Assembly (NCBI GenBank): GCA_002309695.1 | Contig: DBXV01000025.1 | Span: 154,032 to 218,031, forward strand | DNA length: 64,000 nt | Direction: 5' to 3' | Source: Myxococcales bacterium UBA1203 | GTDB lineage: Bacteria > Myxococcota > Myxococcia > Myxococcales > UBA5297 | Part shown: in pieces, positions 1 through 8,642 of the stretch | Position numbering within the stretch: position 1 is the first letter of the stretch | Layout of the letters: the number at the start of each line of letters is the position of its first letter | Position numbers and translations under genes: made by a program | The notes under the pieces: generated by a model | The model's database searches: none | Seen by the model: the letters and a program-made list of their open reading frames with translations, nothing else | What the model was told of the DNA's origin: nothing

Positions 1-2019
1 TTCTCTGGCCTGTTCCTGACGCTCACCGCCTGCGGTTCCTCGTCGATTGAACTGGTCTGCGCCAATGAAGAGGCCTGCGCCCAGATTTTACAGCCGGTGA
101 ACACGCCGGACGCGGGCGGTTTTGGCCCTGTCATTCATCAGGATGCGGGCAACGTCCTCGACCCCGACAGCGACAGCGACGGCGTTCCCGACAGCAGAGA
201 CAACTGTCCCTACGTCTCGAATCCCAATCAGGCGGACGGGGACCACAACGGCATTGGCGACGCCTGCGATTCAGACACGCCCACGCCTGTGCCGACGGAC
301 GCCGGAGTTACGCCTGCTCCCGATGCGGGACCTGTCACGCCCACGGACAGCGACGGCGACGGCGTTCCCGACAGTCTGGACGGATGTCCGAATGATCCGG
401 CCAAGACCTCTCCCGGCCAATGCGGCTGCGGTCAGTCTGACAAAGACAGCGACGGCGACGGCACGCCCGACTGCAAGGATCAGTGTCCCAACGACGCATC
501 CAAAACGCAGCCCGGCCAGTGCGGCTGCGGCAAGCCGGACAAGGACAGCGACAGCGACGGCATCATGGACTGCAAGGACAACTGTCCGAACAAGGCCAAC
601 CCGGAGCAGGGCGACTTCGACGGCGACGGCGTCGGCGACGCCTGCACGACTCAGGACGGCACGCTCAGTCACCCGTTCATCATCAGCACCACGGGGACGC
701 ATCAGGTCTTCACTGAGACGAGAAACACGGCCGACTCATCCTCAAGCGTCTTTGCCAACTATCCGCCCAACACCACCAACGAATCGGGCAAAGAGTTCAT
801 CTACGCATTCAAAATTACGAAGCCGATGTACTTCGCGGCGGAAATCAAGGCGCCGGAGCCCAGCGGCGTGGACATTGACGTCCACCTCTTCACCACGCCC
901 AGCACGACGGCGCCCGGGCTCATCGAGCGCAGCGACTACGCCGTCCGCCAGAAGCTCAATGCCGGCACCTATTACCTCTCGCTCGACAGCTATTCGGGGA
1001 AGAACGGCAAATACATTCTCGACGTGACCTTCCGCCCCGTGGACGCGACCGAGCTCTTCAACCCCTACGTTCTCAAGGCTGTGGACTACATCGAGAAGAA
1101 CTGGGCGCGGAAAGGCTACGCCAGCGCGGCGCTGACGCACGCTCTCCCCTACGGCAGCAGCGACACCATCAACCCGACGAACGCGCCCTACACGATGTGC
1201 GTGGCCGCTGCGCTCGAGGTCATGCTGACGGCGATGAAGATTTACGCGGACGAGACGGGAGACACGAGCGTGTGGGACTTTTTGCCGGCCTCCAGCTGGA
1301 AGTCGCTCAATCAGGCCAACATCCGCGCTCACGTCTGGTGCAACAACGACATTCACACCTCGGGCAGCGCGGACTCCCTCAGGCACTTCGGCATGGGCCA
1401 GACCATCCCCTTCAGCGAGCTCAAGCCCGGCTCGTTCATCAACCTCAACCGCACGAGCGGCACGGGCCACGCGGTGGTCTTCCTCGCGTTCATCGACATC
1501 AACGGCAACGACGTGGCCACTTATGACGCGAATACGGTGAAGGGCTTCCGCTACTACTCGTCACAGGGAAACTCGACGAACGGCGGCTTCGACTATCGCT
1601 GCGCCTTCTTCCGCGCCTACGGAACGCCTTCGCTCTCCAACGGCTGCAAGCGCGACACGGGCCTCTTCGAGCCGGACTACCAGGGCTACACGTACTTCAA
1701 CAGCGGCATGATGTACCTGCCGTCCAAGTGGCTGCGCACCAGCTGGTCCGCCAAAAAGAACAAGGACAACAGCGGCCTCTTCGACGGTCTCTGGGACGAG
1801 CAGGAATCGTTCTTCGACGAGGACTGGATGGACGGCAAAACGCTGGACGACGACCTGCGCACCACGTGGATGCGGCCCGAAGGCATCAAGGCGGGCGAAT
1901 GGGTCTCCAACAGCGAGGCAGTGGTGCTCACGCCGGAAGAATCCGCCGCCGCGTCCTCCGCTGAAGAAGAGTCAGGCGCAGAGACCTCCGGTGCCGAAGC
2001 GGCTGACACCGAAGAATAG
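1..2019 (+). CDS. Secreted lipoprotein, 5'-partial at the window edge: thrombospondin type-3 (Ca-binding) repeats, a beta-sandwich-like middle region, a C-terminal Cys/His hydrolase-like domain and an acidic tail
   Basis: Frame 1 is open from nt 1 and reads FSGLFLTLTAC-GSS (lipobox LTAC) in frame with listed ORF 97..2019, so the true start lies upstream of the window. About five DxDxDGxxDxxDxCP / NPxQxDxDxDGxGDAC repeats and PGQCGCG motifs. Later come YTMCVAAALEV and GTGHAVVFL (candidate Cys...His pair). Confidence 0.75.
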   Translation, partial: FSGLFLTLTACGSSSIELVCANEEACAQILQPVNTPDAGGFGPVIHQDAGNVLDPDSDSDGVPDSRDNCPYVSNPNQADGDHNGIGDACDSDTPTPVPTDAGVTPAPDAGPVTPTDSDGDGVPDSLDGCPNDPAKTSPGQCGCGQSDKDSDGDGTPDCKDQCPNDASKTQPGQCGCGKPDKDSDSDGIMDCKDNCPNKANPEQGDFDGDGVGDACTTQDGTLSHPFIISTTGTHQVFTETRNTADSSSSVFANYPPNTTNESGKEFIYAFKITKPMYFAAEIKAPEPSGVDIDVHLFTTPSTTAPGLIERSDYAVRQKLNAGTYYLSLDSYSGKNGKYILDVTFRPVDATELFNPYVLKAVDYIEKNWARKGYASAALTHALPYGSSDTINPTNAPYTMCVAAALEVMLTAMKIYADETGDTSVWDFLPASSWKSLNQANIRAHVWCNNDIHTSGSADSLRHFGMGQTIPFSELKPGSFINLNRTSGTGHAVVFLAFIDINGNDVATYDANTVKGFRYYSSQGNSTNGGFDYRCAFFRAYGTPSLSNGCKRDTGLFEPDYQGYTYFNSGMMYLPSKWLRTSWSAKKNKDNSGLFDGLWDEQESFFDEDWMDGKTLDDDLRTTWMRPEGIKAGEWVSNSEAVVLTPEESAAASSAEEESGAETSGAEAADTEE

Positions 2020-2050
2020 CCCCGCGCGGACAGTCCCCATCTCGGACGAA

Positions 2051-2088
2051 AAAAGCCCTTCCGCTGTCAGACGGCGGAGGGGCTTTTT
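2051..2088. terminator. Bidirectional rho-independent terminator between convergent genes
   Basis: aaaagcccttccgc-loop-gcggaggggctttt: GC-rich stem flanked by an A-run and a T-run. Confidence 0.6.
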
Positions 2089-2122
2089 CATTGGTGCCTC
2101 AAAGCTGCTTCAAACTCAGCGC

Positions 2123-3154
2123 TTACAGAAATCTGGCAGCCAGAAGGTCCTGAATGTCCAGGAGTCCCACGGGATGACCGGCCTCATCGAGAACAGGCAG
2201 CTGGTCCAGGCCGCTGGCCCGCATCCGCGCCGCCGCGTCACACACTTTTTCGCCGGGAATCGCCGTTCGGGGATTTCTGCCCATGACCGTGGACACCGGC
2301 GCGGAAAAATCGCGGTGGCCGTGCTCGATGAGCCGGCGCAGGTCGCCGTCCGTAAAGATGCCTGTGAGAATTCCGTCAGCATCCACCAGAGACGCCGCCC
2401 CCGGACGCCCCGCCGTGTTGGTCATCACGCGCACAGCCTCAGCGATGGAGGCGTTCTGGGAAAGAATCGGATTGGCCTCGCCCGTCCGCATGAGCTCGCC
2501 CACGTGCATCATGCTTCTGCCCAGCGCGCCGCCCGGATGCAGAACGGCATACTCGTCGGCGCTGAAATGCCGGTGGCGCAGAGCCGTAATCGCCAGTGCG
2601 TCGCACATGGCGTGCAGCGCGGCGTTCGACGTGGTCGGCACCATCCCGAAAGGCCCCGCCTCATCGTTGTGGCCGATGTCGAGCGTGATTTCCGCGGCAA
2701 AGGCCAGCGGCGATCGGGGGTTGCCCGTGATGGCAAACAGCCGGGCACCGATGCGCTTCAAAGGCGGAACAAGGCGCAGGATTTCCTCGGTGGCGCCGCT
2801 GTTGGACAGGGCGAGGACAACATCTTTGTGCGTCACGCGCCCCAGATCGCCGTGAGCGGCCTCAGCGGGATGGAGATAGAGCGAAGGAATTCCGGTGGAC
2901 GCCAGAATGGCCGACAGATTCTGGGCGATGAAGCCGGGCTTGCCGATGCCCATGACCACCACGTGCCCGCTGCACCTGACCAGCGCATCGACAACGGCCG
3001 CGAATCTGCTGTCCAACCGGTCTTTCAGCTGCTCGATGGCAGCCGCTTCCGCGGCCAGAACTTCCCGCGCTTCATCCAAAACCTGACGGGAACTGACCGC
3101 TTCATCCCCCCCATTCGGCATCTGCGCCGCCTCTGCATCTTGCGTGTTTGACAT
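2123..3154 (-). CDS. kdsD: Arabinose-5-phosphate isomerase (KdsD/KpsF family; SIS plus tandem CBS domains)
   Basis: SIS motif VVVMGIGKPGFIAQNLSAILASTGIPS and C-terminal CBS-like repeats. Start moved to ATG 3154 (MSNTQDAE). The 71-codon extension of listed ORF 2123..3367 is Arg/Pro-rich and lies in the divergent promoter region. Confidence 0.85.
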   Translation of the reverse strand: MSNTQDAEAAQMPNGGDEAVSSRQVLDEAREVLAAEAAAIEQLKDRLDSRFAAVVDALVRCSGHVVVMGIGKPGFIAQNLSAILASTGIPSLYLHPAEAAHGDLGRVTHKDVVLALSNSGATEEILRLVPPLKRIGARLFAITGNPRSPLAFAAEITLDIGHNDEAGPFGMVPTTSNAALHAMCDALAITALRHRHFSADEYAVLHPGGALGRSMMHVGELMRTGEANPILSQNASIAEAVRVMTNTAGRPGAASLVDADGILTGIFTDGDLRRLIEHGHRDFSAPVSTVMGRNPRTAIPGEKVCDAAARMRASGLDQLPVLDEAGHPVGLLDIQDLLAARFL

Positions 3155-3389
3155 GGCGGCGGCGCCTCTAGCAGCGGCCTTCTGTGACTGCAAACGCGCC
3201 CCCTCACTGACGGCGCCGCGCGCCGCGAAACGGGATGAGACAATTTTTAGCGCCGGCACACCCGGCTCGGGTCCTAAAGGGCGCGCCTTTGTTCGGAAGC
3301 GGGGAATTGGCGCGCCCCTTTTTGCTGACAGCGGCATCCAGCGTCCGCGGCTCGTCCGCGCGGACATCTCTCAAGAGGAATCCTTCATC

Positions 3390-3950
3390 ATGGCCGAATG
3401 CTTGAACATGACGCCTGACCAGCTGCCTTCGCTGGCAGGCAGGACCATCGGACCCAGCGACTGGAAGGACATCACTCAGCGGGAAATCGACCTCTTCGGC
3501 GAGGCCACCGGCGACAAACAGTGGATTCACTGCGACCCGGAGCGCGCGGCCCGGGAATCGCCCTTCCGCAAGAAGACGGTGGCGCACGGCTATTTCACGC
3601 TGGCGCTGATTCCCGATTTCTTCTTCTCGATGCTGGAGGTCAGCGGCTGCCGCCTCATCGTCAATCTGGGTGCAGACAAAATCCGCTGGCCCGCGCCCGT
3701 GCGGATTCCTTCGCGGGTCAGGCTGACGGCCAAATGCAGGAGCGTCACGCCTTTCGAGAGCGGCGTCGATCTGTGCCTAGACATGACCATCGAGGTCGAA
3801 AACCAGCGGCATCCCGCGCTGGAAGCCGAGGTTTCCTACCGCTACTACCTGCGGCGCAGTGACACCCGGTCCAGGCCCGCGTCGGGCATCCCGGCACAGG
3901 CCGCGGAGGACGCCGGCCAAACGAGCCAGGAAAATCAGCAGGTTTCCTGA
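3390..3950 (+). CDS. MaoC-like (R)-specific enoyl-CoA hydratase / hot-dog fold dehydratase
   Basis: GDKQWIHCDPERAA ... VAHGYFTLALIP hot-dog signature. ATG 3390 follows AAGAGGAA. The 3' end overlaps the convergent gene by 16 nt. Confidence 0.75.
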   Translation: MAECLNMTPDQLPSLAGRTIGPSDWKDITQREIDLFGEATGDKQWIHCDPERAARESPFRKKTVAHGYFTLALIPDFFFSMLEVSGCRLIVNLGADKIRWPAPVRIPSRVRLTAKCRSVTPFESGVDLCLDMTIEVENQRHPALEAEVSYRYYLRRSDTRSRPASGIPAQAAEDAGQTSQENQQVS

Positions 3951-5515
3951 GGAACCGGCGGGCGCGCCACAGAGCGGGCGGAAGGCAGGTTCGTCACGCC
4001 CAGCGTCTGAAGAATGGACCTGCGCATCACGCTGGCCGCCCCTCCCATGAGGGCATCAAGCACCCGCTCGAACTGCCGCGCCTCTGGAGGCTGCAGCCAG
4101 GTGCCCTCGACCCATTTGTTGAAGGCGCCGATGGCGGGACCGCACCAGACCTGAAAATCGTTTTTGCGCTCCGCTTCACCCACGCGCGCCCAGCGGGAGC
4201 TGTGTCCCAGATAGGAGCGGAAGGTCAGCGCCATCCTGAGCTTCGCATCCGTCTCGGCCTGTTCGACCAGCTCGGGGCGGCGGTTCATCCAGTAGGCGCG
4301 CGTCGCAGCCCACTGGTCCGCAAAGGACGCGCGCAGAATCTCGCGCTCGACTTTCGCCCGCTCGGTCTCGGGGATGTCCTCAAAGCACTCAAACGCCTTC
4401 CAGAGATCGAAGAGCTTCTGGGCCCGCTGGGCGAACATGGTGCCGCGCTTCAAAACCTGAACGCGCCCGCCCGCTTCGAACATGTCCGCGGAAGGCGCCA
4501 TGGCCACATCCGCCATGCCCGCTTTGCACAGCATCGCCTTGACCATGGGCGAGGTCCCCGACTCGACGCAGGACTGGTTCAGGGAACCGGTGGAGACAAA
4601 ATCCGCCCCCATGGCGAACGCCGCAGCGAATGAGAGGGGGTCGCCAAGGCCGCCGGCCGCGCCAACGAAGAGTGGAACCTTCTCTGCGCTCCAGCCGCAG
4701 TCCTCACGCGCCCTGTCCCGGACATCCATGATGAGCGGAATCAGAACGCTCAGAGGCCGCTGGTCCGTATGACCGCCGCTGTCCGCCTCCGCCGTAATCG
4801 CCGTGGCCACAGGCATCCGCTCCGCCAGAACAGCCTCTTTTTCGGTGATTTTTCCGGCAGCGGTGAGCTCGCGCAGAAGGCTCTCGGCCGCGGGCTGAAG
4901 GAATCTCGCGGCAACCTCGGGGCGGCTCACTTTGGCGAACACATGATGGCGGGCCGCGATGCTGCCGTCAGGAAGCTCCGTCATGCCGCTGGCCCGAAAC
5001 AGAACCACCGACTCGGCCTGGCGCAGAAACGCGGCCGTTTCGAGAACGGGCACGCCCAGTTCCAGACACGTCTCGGCCGTACTCATCTCCAGCCCGGGGT
5101 CAGCAGCCGAATGGAGCAGGTTGCAGCCGAACGCCCTGCCATCCATGACCGACGACAGCGAGGTCAACGCCTGCTTCACGCCTTCGCCGGACAGGCCGCC
5201 CGCGCCGAAAAAGCCGATGCCGCCCGCGCGCGCCGCCGCTGACACCAGTTCGGCAGAAGCAATGCCGCCCGCCATGGCGCCGCTGGTGTAGCTCCTCGTG
5301 AGGCCAAAAATTTTCTGAAACTCAGCCGACCCCAGAGAGGACGCGCTCATTTCGGGGACGATGCCAGCCAGCTCATCCACGGATGTCGGCGGAGTGTCGG
5401 TCAGACGCGCTCGGCCGGGGCCGTCGAGGACCAGAAAAAGCCTGCGGTCGTTTTGCCTGATGAGGGAATCTATTTCGGCGGCGGCATTCGTGAGTTCGAA
5501 CGTCATCTTGGTCAT
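3935..5515 (-). CDS. PfaD-family / nitronate-monooxygenase-fold enoyl reductase (trans-acting ER type)
   Basis: SYTSGAMAGGIASAELVSAAARAGGIGFFGAGGL and the overall ~530 aa layout are typical of PfaD/PKS trans-ER proteins. Start is uncertain (ATG 5515, 5506 or 5581). Confidence 0.75.
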   Translation of the reverse strand: MTKMTFELTNAAAEIDSLIRQNDRRLFLVLDGPGRARLTDTPPTSVDELAGIVPEMSASSLGSAEFQKIFGLTRSYTSGAMAGGIASAELVSAAARAGGIGFFGAGGLSGEGVKQALTSLSSVMDGRAFGCNLLHSAADPGLEMSTAETCLELGVPVLETAAFLRQAESVVLFRASGMTELPDGSIAARHHVFAKVSRPEVAARFLQPAAESLLRELTAAGKITEKEAVLAERMPVATAITAEADSGGHTDQRPLSVLIPLIMDVRDRAREDCGWSAEKVPLFVGAAGGLGDPLSFAAAFAMGADFVSTGSLNQSCVESGTSPMVKAMLCKAGMADVAMAPSADMFEAGGRVQVLKRGTMFAQRAQKLFDLWKAFECFEDIPETERAKVEREILRASFADQWAATRAYWMNRRPELVEQAETDAKLRMALTFRSYLGHSSRWARVGEAERKNDFQVWCGPAIGAFNKWVEGTWLQPPEARQFERVLDALMGGAASVMRRSILQTLGVTNLPSARSVARPPVPQETC

Positions 5516-5659
5516 CTTGAAAAAGGTCTCCGCGTTGCCGGCCGCGGCCGCCGGAACGATGGCCGCGCCCCTTCCAAACATTTCAGGCGCCGTTCAAGGC
5601 CTGCGGACCCGCTTTTTGAACGGTCAGCGGGCAGCACAAACGCCCGGCAAAAATTCAGT

Positions 5660-6766
5660 TCATCCGTCCTCGTCGGCCAGCGCCGGCAGTTCAGTTCCGT
5701 CCTTCATCACTTCGCGCAGGAGAACGGTGGCAAACGAGCCCTTGGGCAGAGAGAAATCGAGACACAGCGCGCCAGCTTCCGGTCCGGGTGAAACGGACGC
5801 AGCGACAGGAATCCGCAGCGGACGGCGCCCGCCTTCGGCATCACCTTTCAGATGGCGAAAGGACTCCAGGGTGATGCCCTCCTCAGCCAGAATCGCGTCC
5901 TCCCGTGCCAGCGCTTCCCCCGCCGGACGCATCATCCGATGTCCGAACAGCGGTCCCGTGGGCGCAACAGCAAAAGTCTCCATGCGGCGCGAATCCTCCG
6001 GCGCGTCCTCACAGATGAAGAGTCCGCCCGTATCGAGCTTCTTCATCAGGTCACCGGGAAGTGCCTGGCCGAACAGCCCGTCGGCCATCCGGCGCGCCAG
6101 CAGACGATTGAAGAGCAGCGACTGATAGGCGGAGACGCAGATGCGCCTCAGAAACCTGTCCCGAACAGCTCTGACGGTTTCGGGCTTCTGCACCAGAGAC
6201 CTGCCGCGGACCGCGTTCATGCCGTCCCTGCCAAAGCGCTGAGCCCCAAAGGCGTTGGGAAGTCCGGAGCGCGCAAGTTCCGCCAGAATCGCCGACGCGC
6301 GCTCCACCGCATCGGGAAGCGCGCCGCGGATGCAGATGCGGAAGCGATTGCCCCTGAGGTGCCCGGTTTTCAGCTTGTTGACGTGGCGCGCCTTCGACAG
6401 AACGCGAAATCCGGCGCTCTCCGGCAGGCAATCCAGGTCTTTCAGACGCCCAAGAACAGCGGACTGCGCGGGCACTGAAAAATACTGACGCGTCAGAGCA
6501 TTCCTGTCCTTGAGCCCGGCGCAGCCCACATCGCGGGTATCGATTCCCAGAATCCGCGCCAGCGTCTGAGCCACCTCGCGCGTCGTCCGGCCGCGCTTTT
6601 CCGTCCACAGGAAAAGATGGTCTCCCTCGCCGCAGGGCTCGTAAGCCGGAATCTCCTCGACCTCGAAATCCTCCGGACAGAGCCGGATTCTGCCGCCCGT
6701 CCCGGGCAGTCCGGCGGTCACGCAGGGCACTTCATCCGCGGCCGCCGGAAAATCGGGCTGCGTCAT
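5660..6766 (-). CDS. truD: tRNA pseudouridine(13) synthase TruD
   Basis: Catalytic motif GLKDRNALTRQYFSV (GxKD). Start overlaps the stop of the upstream gene by 4 nt. Confidence 0.85.
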   Translation of the reverse strand: MTQPDFPAAADEVPCVTAGLPGTGGRIRLCPEDFEVEEIPAYEPCGEGDHLFLWTEKRGRTTREVAQTLARILGIDTRDVGCAGLKDRNALTRQYFSVPAQSAVLGRLKDLDCLPESAGFRVLSKARHVNKLKTGHLRGNRFRICIRGALPDAVERASAILAELARSGLPNAFGAQRFGRDGMNAVRGRSLVQKPETVRAVRDRFLRRICVSAYQSLLFNRLLARRMADGLFGQALPGDLMKKLDTGGLFICEDAPEDSRRMETFAVAPTGPLFGHRMMRPAGEALAREDAILAEEGITLESFRHLKGDAEGGRRPLRIPVAASVSPGPEAGALCLDFSLPKGSFATVLLREVMKDGTELPALADEDG

Positions 6767-8019
6767 CGGGAGGCTGCCTCAATGGGGTCCAGAAGCGCCT
6801 TGATGCGCGCCGAAAGCTGCTCGTCCGACACAGGATCGAGCTGCTCGCCCGCCTCAAAGAGCAGGAAATACATCAGCTCATTGAAGGTCGAATACAGGAC
6901 GTGGGAGGTCTCGGGGGTGTCGGCATTCAGCTCGTAAATGTTCTGCATCAGCTGCTGGGCGGGAACTTCCCCGTTCGGCAGCAGCTGAATGCCCCGGAAC
7001 ATGGGGAACAGCTCGCTCTGGAGCCGGAGCACATTGCTGGCCTCGTCAAGGATGTCGGGCGGCTTCGGCAGCGAGCGCAGGACCGAAAAAATCATCGAGA
7101 ACACTCTGTTGAACACGCTGATGACTTCCGCGGGCATGGGCTCGGCCTGCGCTCCCGGCGAGGTCTTCATCTCGGGCTCCAGGAATCCCAGCTCCAGAAG
7201 ATGATGGACGGCCTTGGTCGCGTCGAACTCGGACATGCGGAACATCAGCGCCAGTTCGGCGATGCTCTTCTCGCCGCTGCACTGCGACAGGATCTGGGCC
7301 TCGTCCTTCTCCAGGCTGGAATCCGCGGCCCTGATCGCGCGCGGGCAGACCTTGGACGAGGGGATGCGCTTCCGAAATTCCTTCAGCTCGTCCATCTGGC
7401 GCACCGAATCCATGAGCAGGCCCTGCGTATTGATGTTCAGCGCGCGCTGAGCGGAGACCTTCTGATTGGTCAGCGTGAAGACCCCCTCGGAGACCATCAG
7501 GCAGGCGAGAAAAATCTCTGTCACCTGCTGCCGAAGGCACGCATACAGGTCGTGGCGCTGAATCAGGCCATTCTCGACCATCAGGTTGCCGATGCGCCCG
7601 GAACCCGTCGGAGATGCCAGGAGCGCTTCCAGCCGATCGCGCTGCACAAAGCCCATGCGCACGGCCACTTCGCCGATTTTCTCGGTGGCCACCGATGAGC
7701 TGGCGCCGCGGATCTCGCCATCGACGAAGGTCAGCTTCCTTTCGCTGTCGGGGGACGTGAGGCGGAACAGGCCTGAAATCCGGCACTGGTTGAGGAAGAC
7801 GATCATGTCCACCAGCGAAAGCCCTGTGGCGTCGCCGGCCAGAATCACGCGTTCGCCCTCCGGCTGACCGGGGTCGCACGGCGTTCTGATGCCGATGAGC
7901 AGATTGGAGCTGGTCGGCTGCAGTCGAAAATGCGCCTGCTGCGTACCGAGCATGTCCCGCGTCTCCGCGTCTTCCGGGATGAGCGTTCCGTCAGCGTTGA
8001 GCCAGAGAAAATTGTCCAT
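6763..8019 (-). CDS. DUF4388-like domain protein (function unknown)
   Basis: LSLVDMIVFLNQCRISGLFRLTS...KLTFVDGEIRGA resembles the DUF4388 N-terminal module. No catalytic motif recognised. Confidence 0.6.
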   Translation of the reverse strand: MDNFLWLNADGTLIPEDAETRDMLGTQQAHFRLQPTSSNLLIGIRTPCDPGQPEGERVILAGDATGLSLVDMIVFLNQCRISGLFRLTSPDSERKLTFVDGEIRGASSSVATEKIGEVAVRMGFVQRDRLEALLASPTGSGRIGNLMVENGLIQRHDLYACLRQQVTEIFLACLMVSEGVFTLTNQKVSAQRALNINTQGLLMDSVRQMDELKEFRKRIPSSKVCPRAIRAADSSLEKDEAQILSQCSGEKSIAELALMFRMSEFDATKAVHHLLELGFLEPEMKTSPGAQAEPMPAEVISVFNRVFSMIFSVLRSLPKPPDILDEASNVLRLQSELFPMFRGIQLLPNGEVPAQQLMQNIYELNADTPETSHVLYSTFNELMYFLLFEAGEQLDPVSDEQLSARIKALLDPIEAASR

Positions 8020-8240
8020 GGTTCCGGGAACTCGATTCGTTGGTTGAGGTGTGGAGCCAGAAAAGTTTGGCGGAGAAAACGCATCGAAATGCGCCTCCGC
8101 GCGAATGGTGCGGTCCCTTCAGGAGAACGCTTCCGGCGAAACGGACATGCGGCCTCCGCTGGAGTCCGCCGCCCAAATGCCGCCATGGGACCGAAAAAAC
8201 GGCGCGCCCCTTAGCCCACCGCTCATTGGTTGTGAACTTC

Positions 8241-8318
8241 CGCGGCGCAAGACGCGGTCACTTCCGCGGCACCTGTGCCGCGCACTGACGCGGCGCAAGA
8301 CGCGGTCACTTCCGCGGC
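8241..8318. repeat. Two exact 30-nt direct repeats (8241-8270 and 8289-8318); core ACTTCCGCGGC occurs three times
   Basis: cgcggcgcaagacgcggtcacttccgcggc read twice, period 48 nt. acttccgcggc also at 8236-8246. Each core contains the palindrome CCGCGG. Confidence 0.85.
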
Positions 8319-8556
8319 GTCTGTCCCGGGCCGTTCATCGGCATTTTGAGCCCTCGACTGAATTCGGCGAACCGACTATGGGGTCGGCCCTCCCTGACCA
8401 TTCCCCCGCTGTTCCGCTCCCAGGAGCAAACCATTTGAACTGAATGTTCGTCACGGGATCTCTGCCCAGGCCACCGTGTGCCAGCCCTCGCTTCGGCGAG
8501 AAGGAAGCCTTTCGTGACCGGCGGCGAACCCACCTTTTGCGATCGGTTCAATGCGG

Positions 8557-8590
8557 CCCCTCCTGGACGGGATGGCGGGGGATTTTTTTG
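8557..8590 (+). terminator. Terminator-like hairpin plus T7 run about 50 nt upstream of the tyrS start (possible attenuator or end of an upstream transcript)
   Basis: cccctcc-loop-ggcgggg followed by gattttttt. The stem is short and has one mismatch. Confidence 0.3.
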
Positions 8591-8642
8591 TTCCGGCCAA
8601 GGGCAGGAGCCCTCTGGTCTGGATGAAGGAGCCACATTTCCG

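Noticed and set aside
3155-3389. Upstream extensions of the kdsD (to 3367) and MaoC (from 3144) ORFs, which overlap each other
   Set aside because: Both extensions are Arg/Ala/Pro-rich and mutually overlapping on opposite strands. Internal ATGs at 3154 and 3390 give proteins of canonical length, the latter with a strong RBS.
8241-8318. Possible CRISPR array (30-nt exact repeats)
   Set aside because: There are only two copies separated by 18 nt, the repeat is internally repetitive, and there are no cas genes. It is treated as a regulatory or direct repeat instead.
8020-8642. T-box riboswitch upstream of tyrS
   Set aside because: tyrS is the classic T-box-regulated gene and a terminator-like hairpin is present. 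However, I found no plus-strand match to the conserved T-box sequence (AANNNGGGUGGNACCGCG) and no recognisable specifier loop or Stem I motifs. I cannot exclude one without a covariance-model scan.
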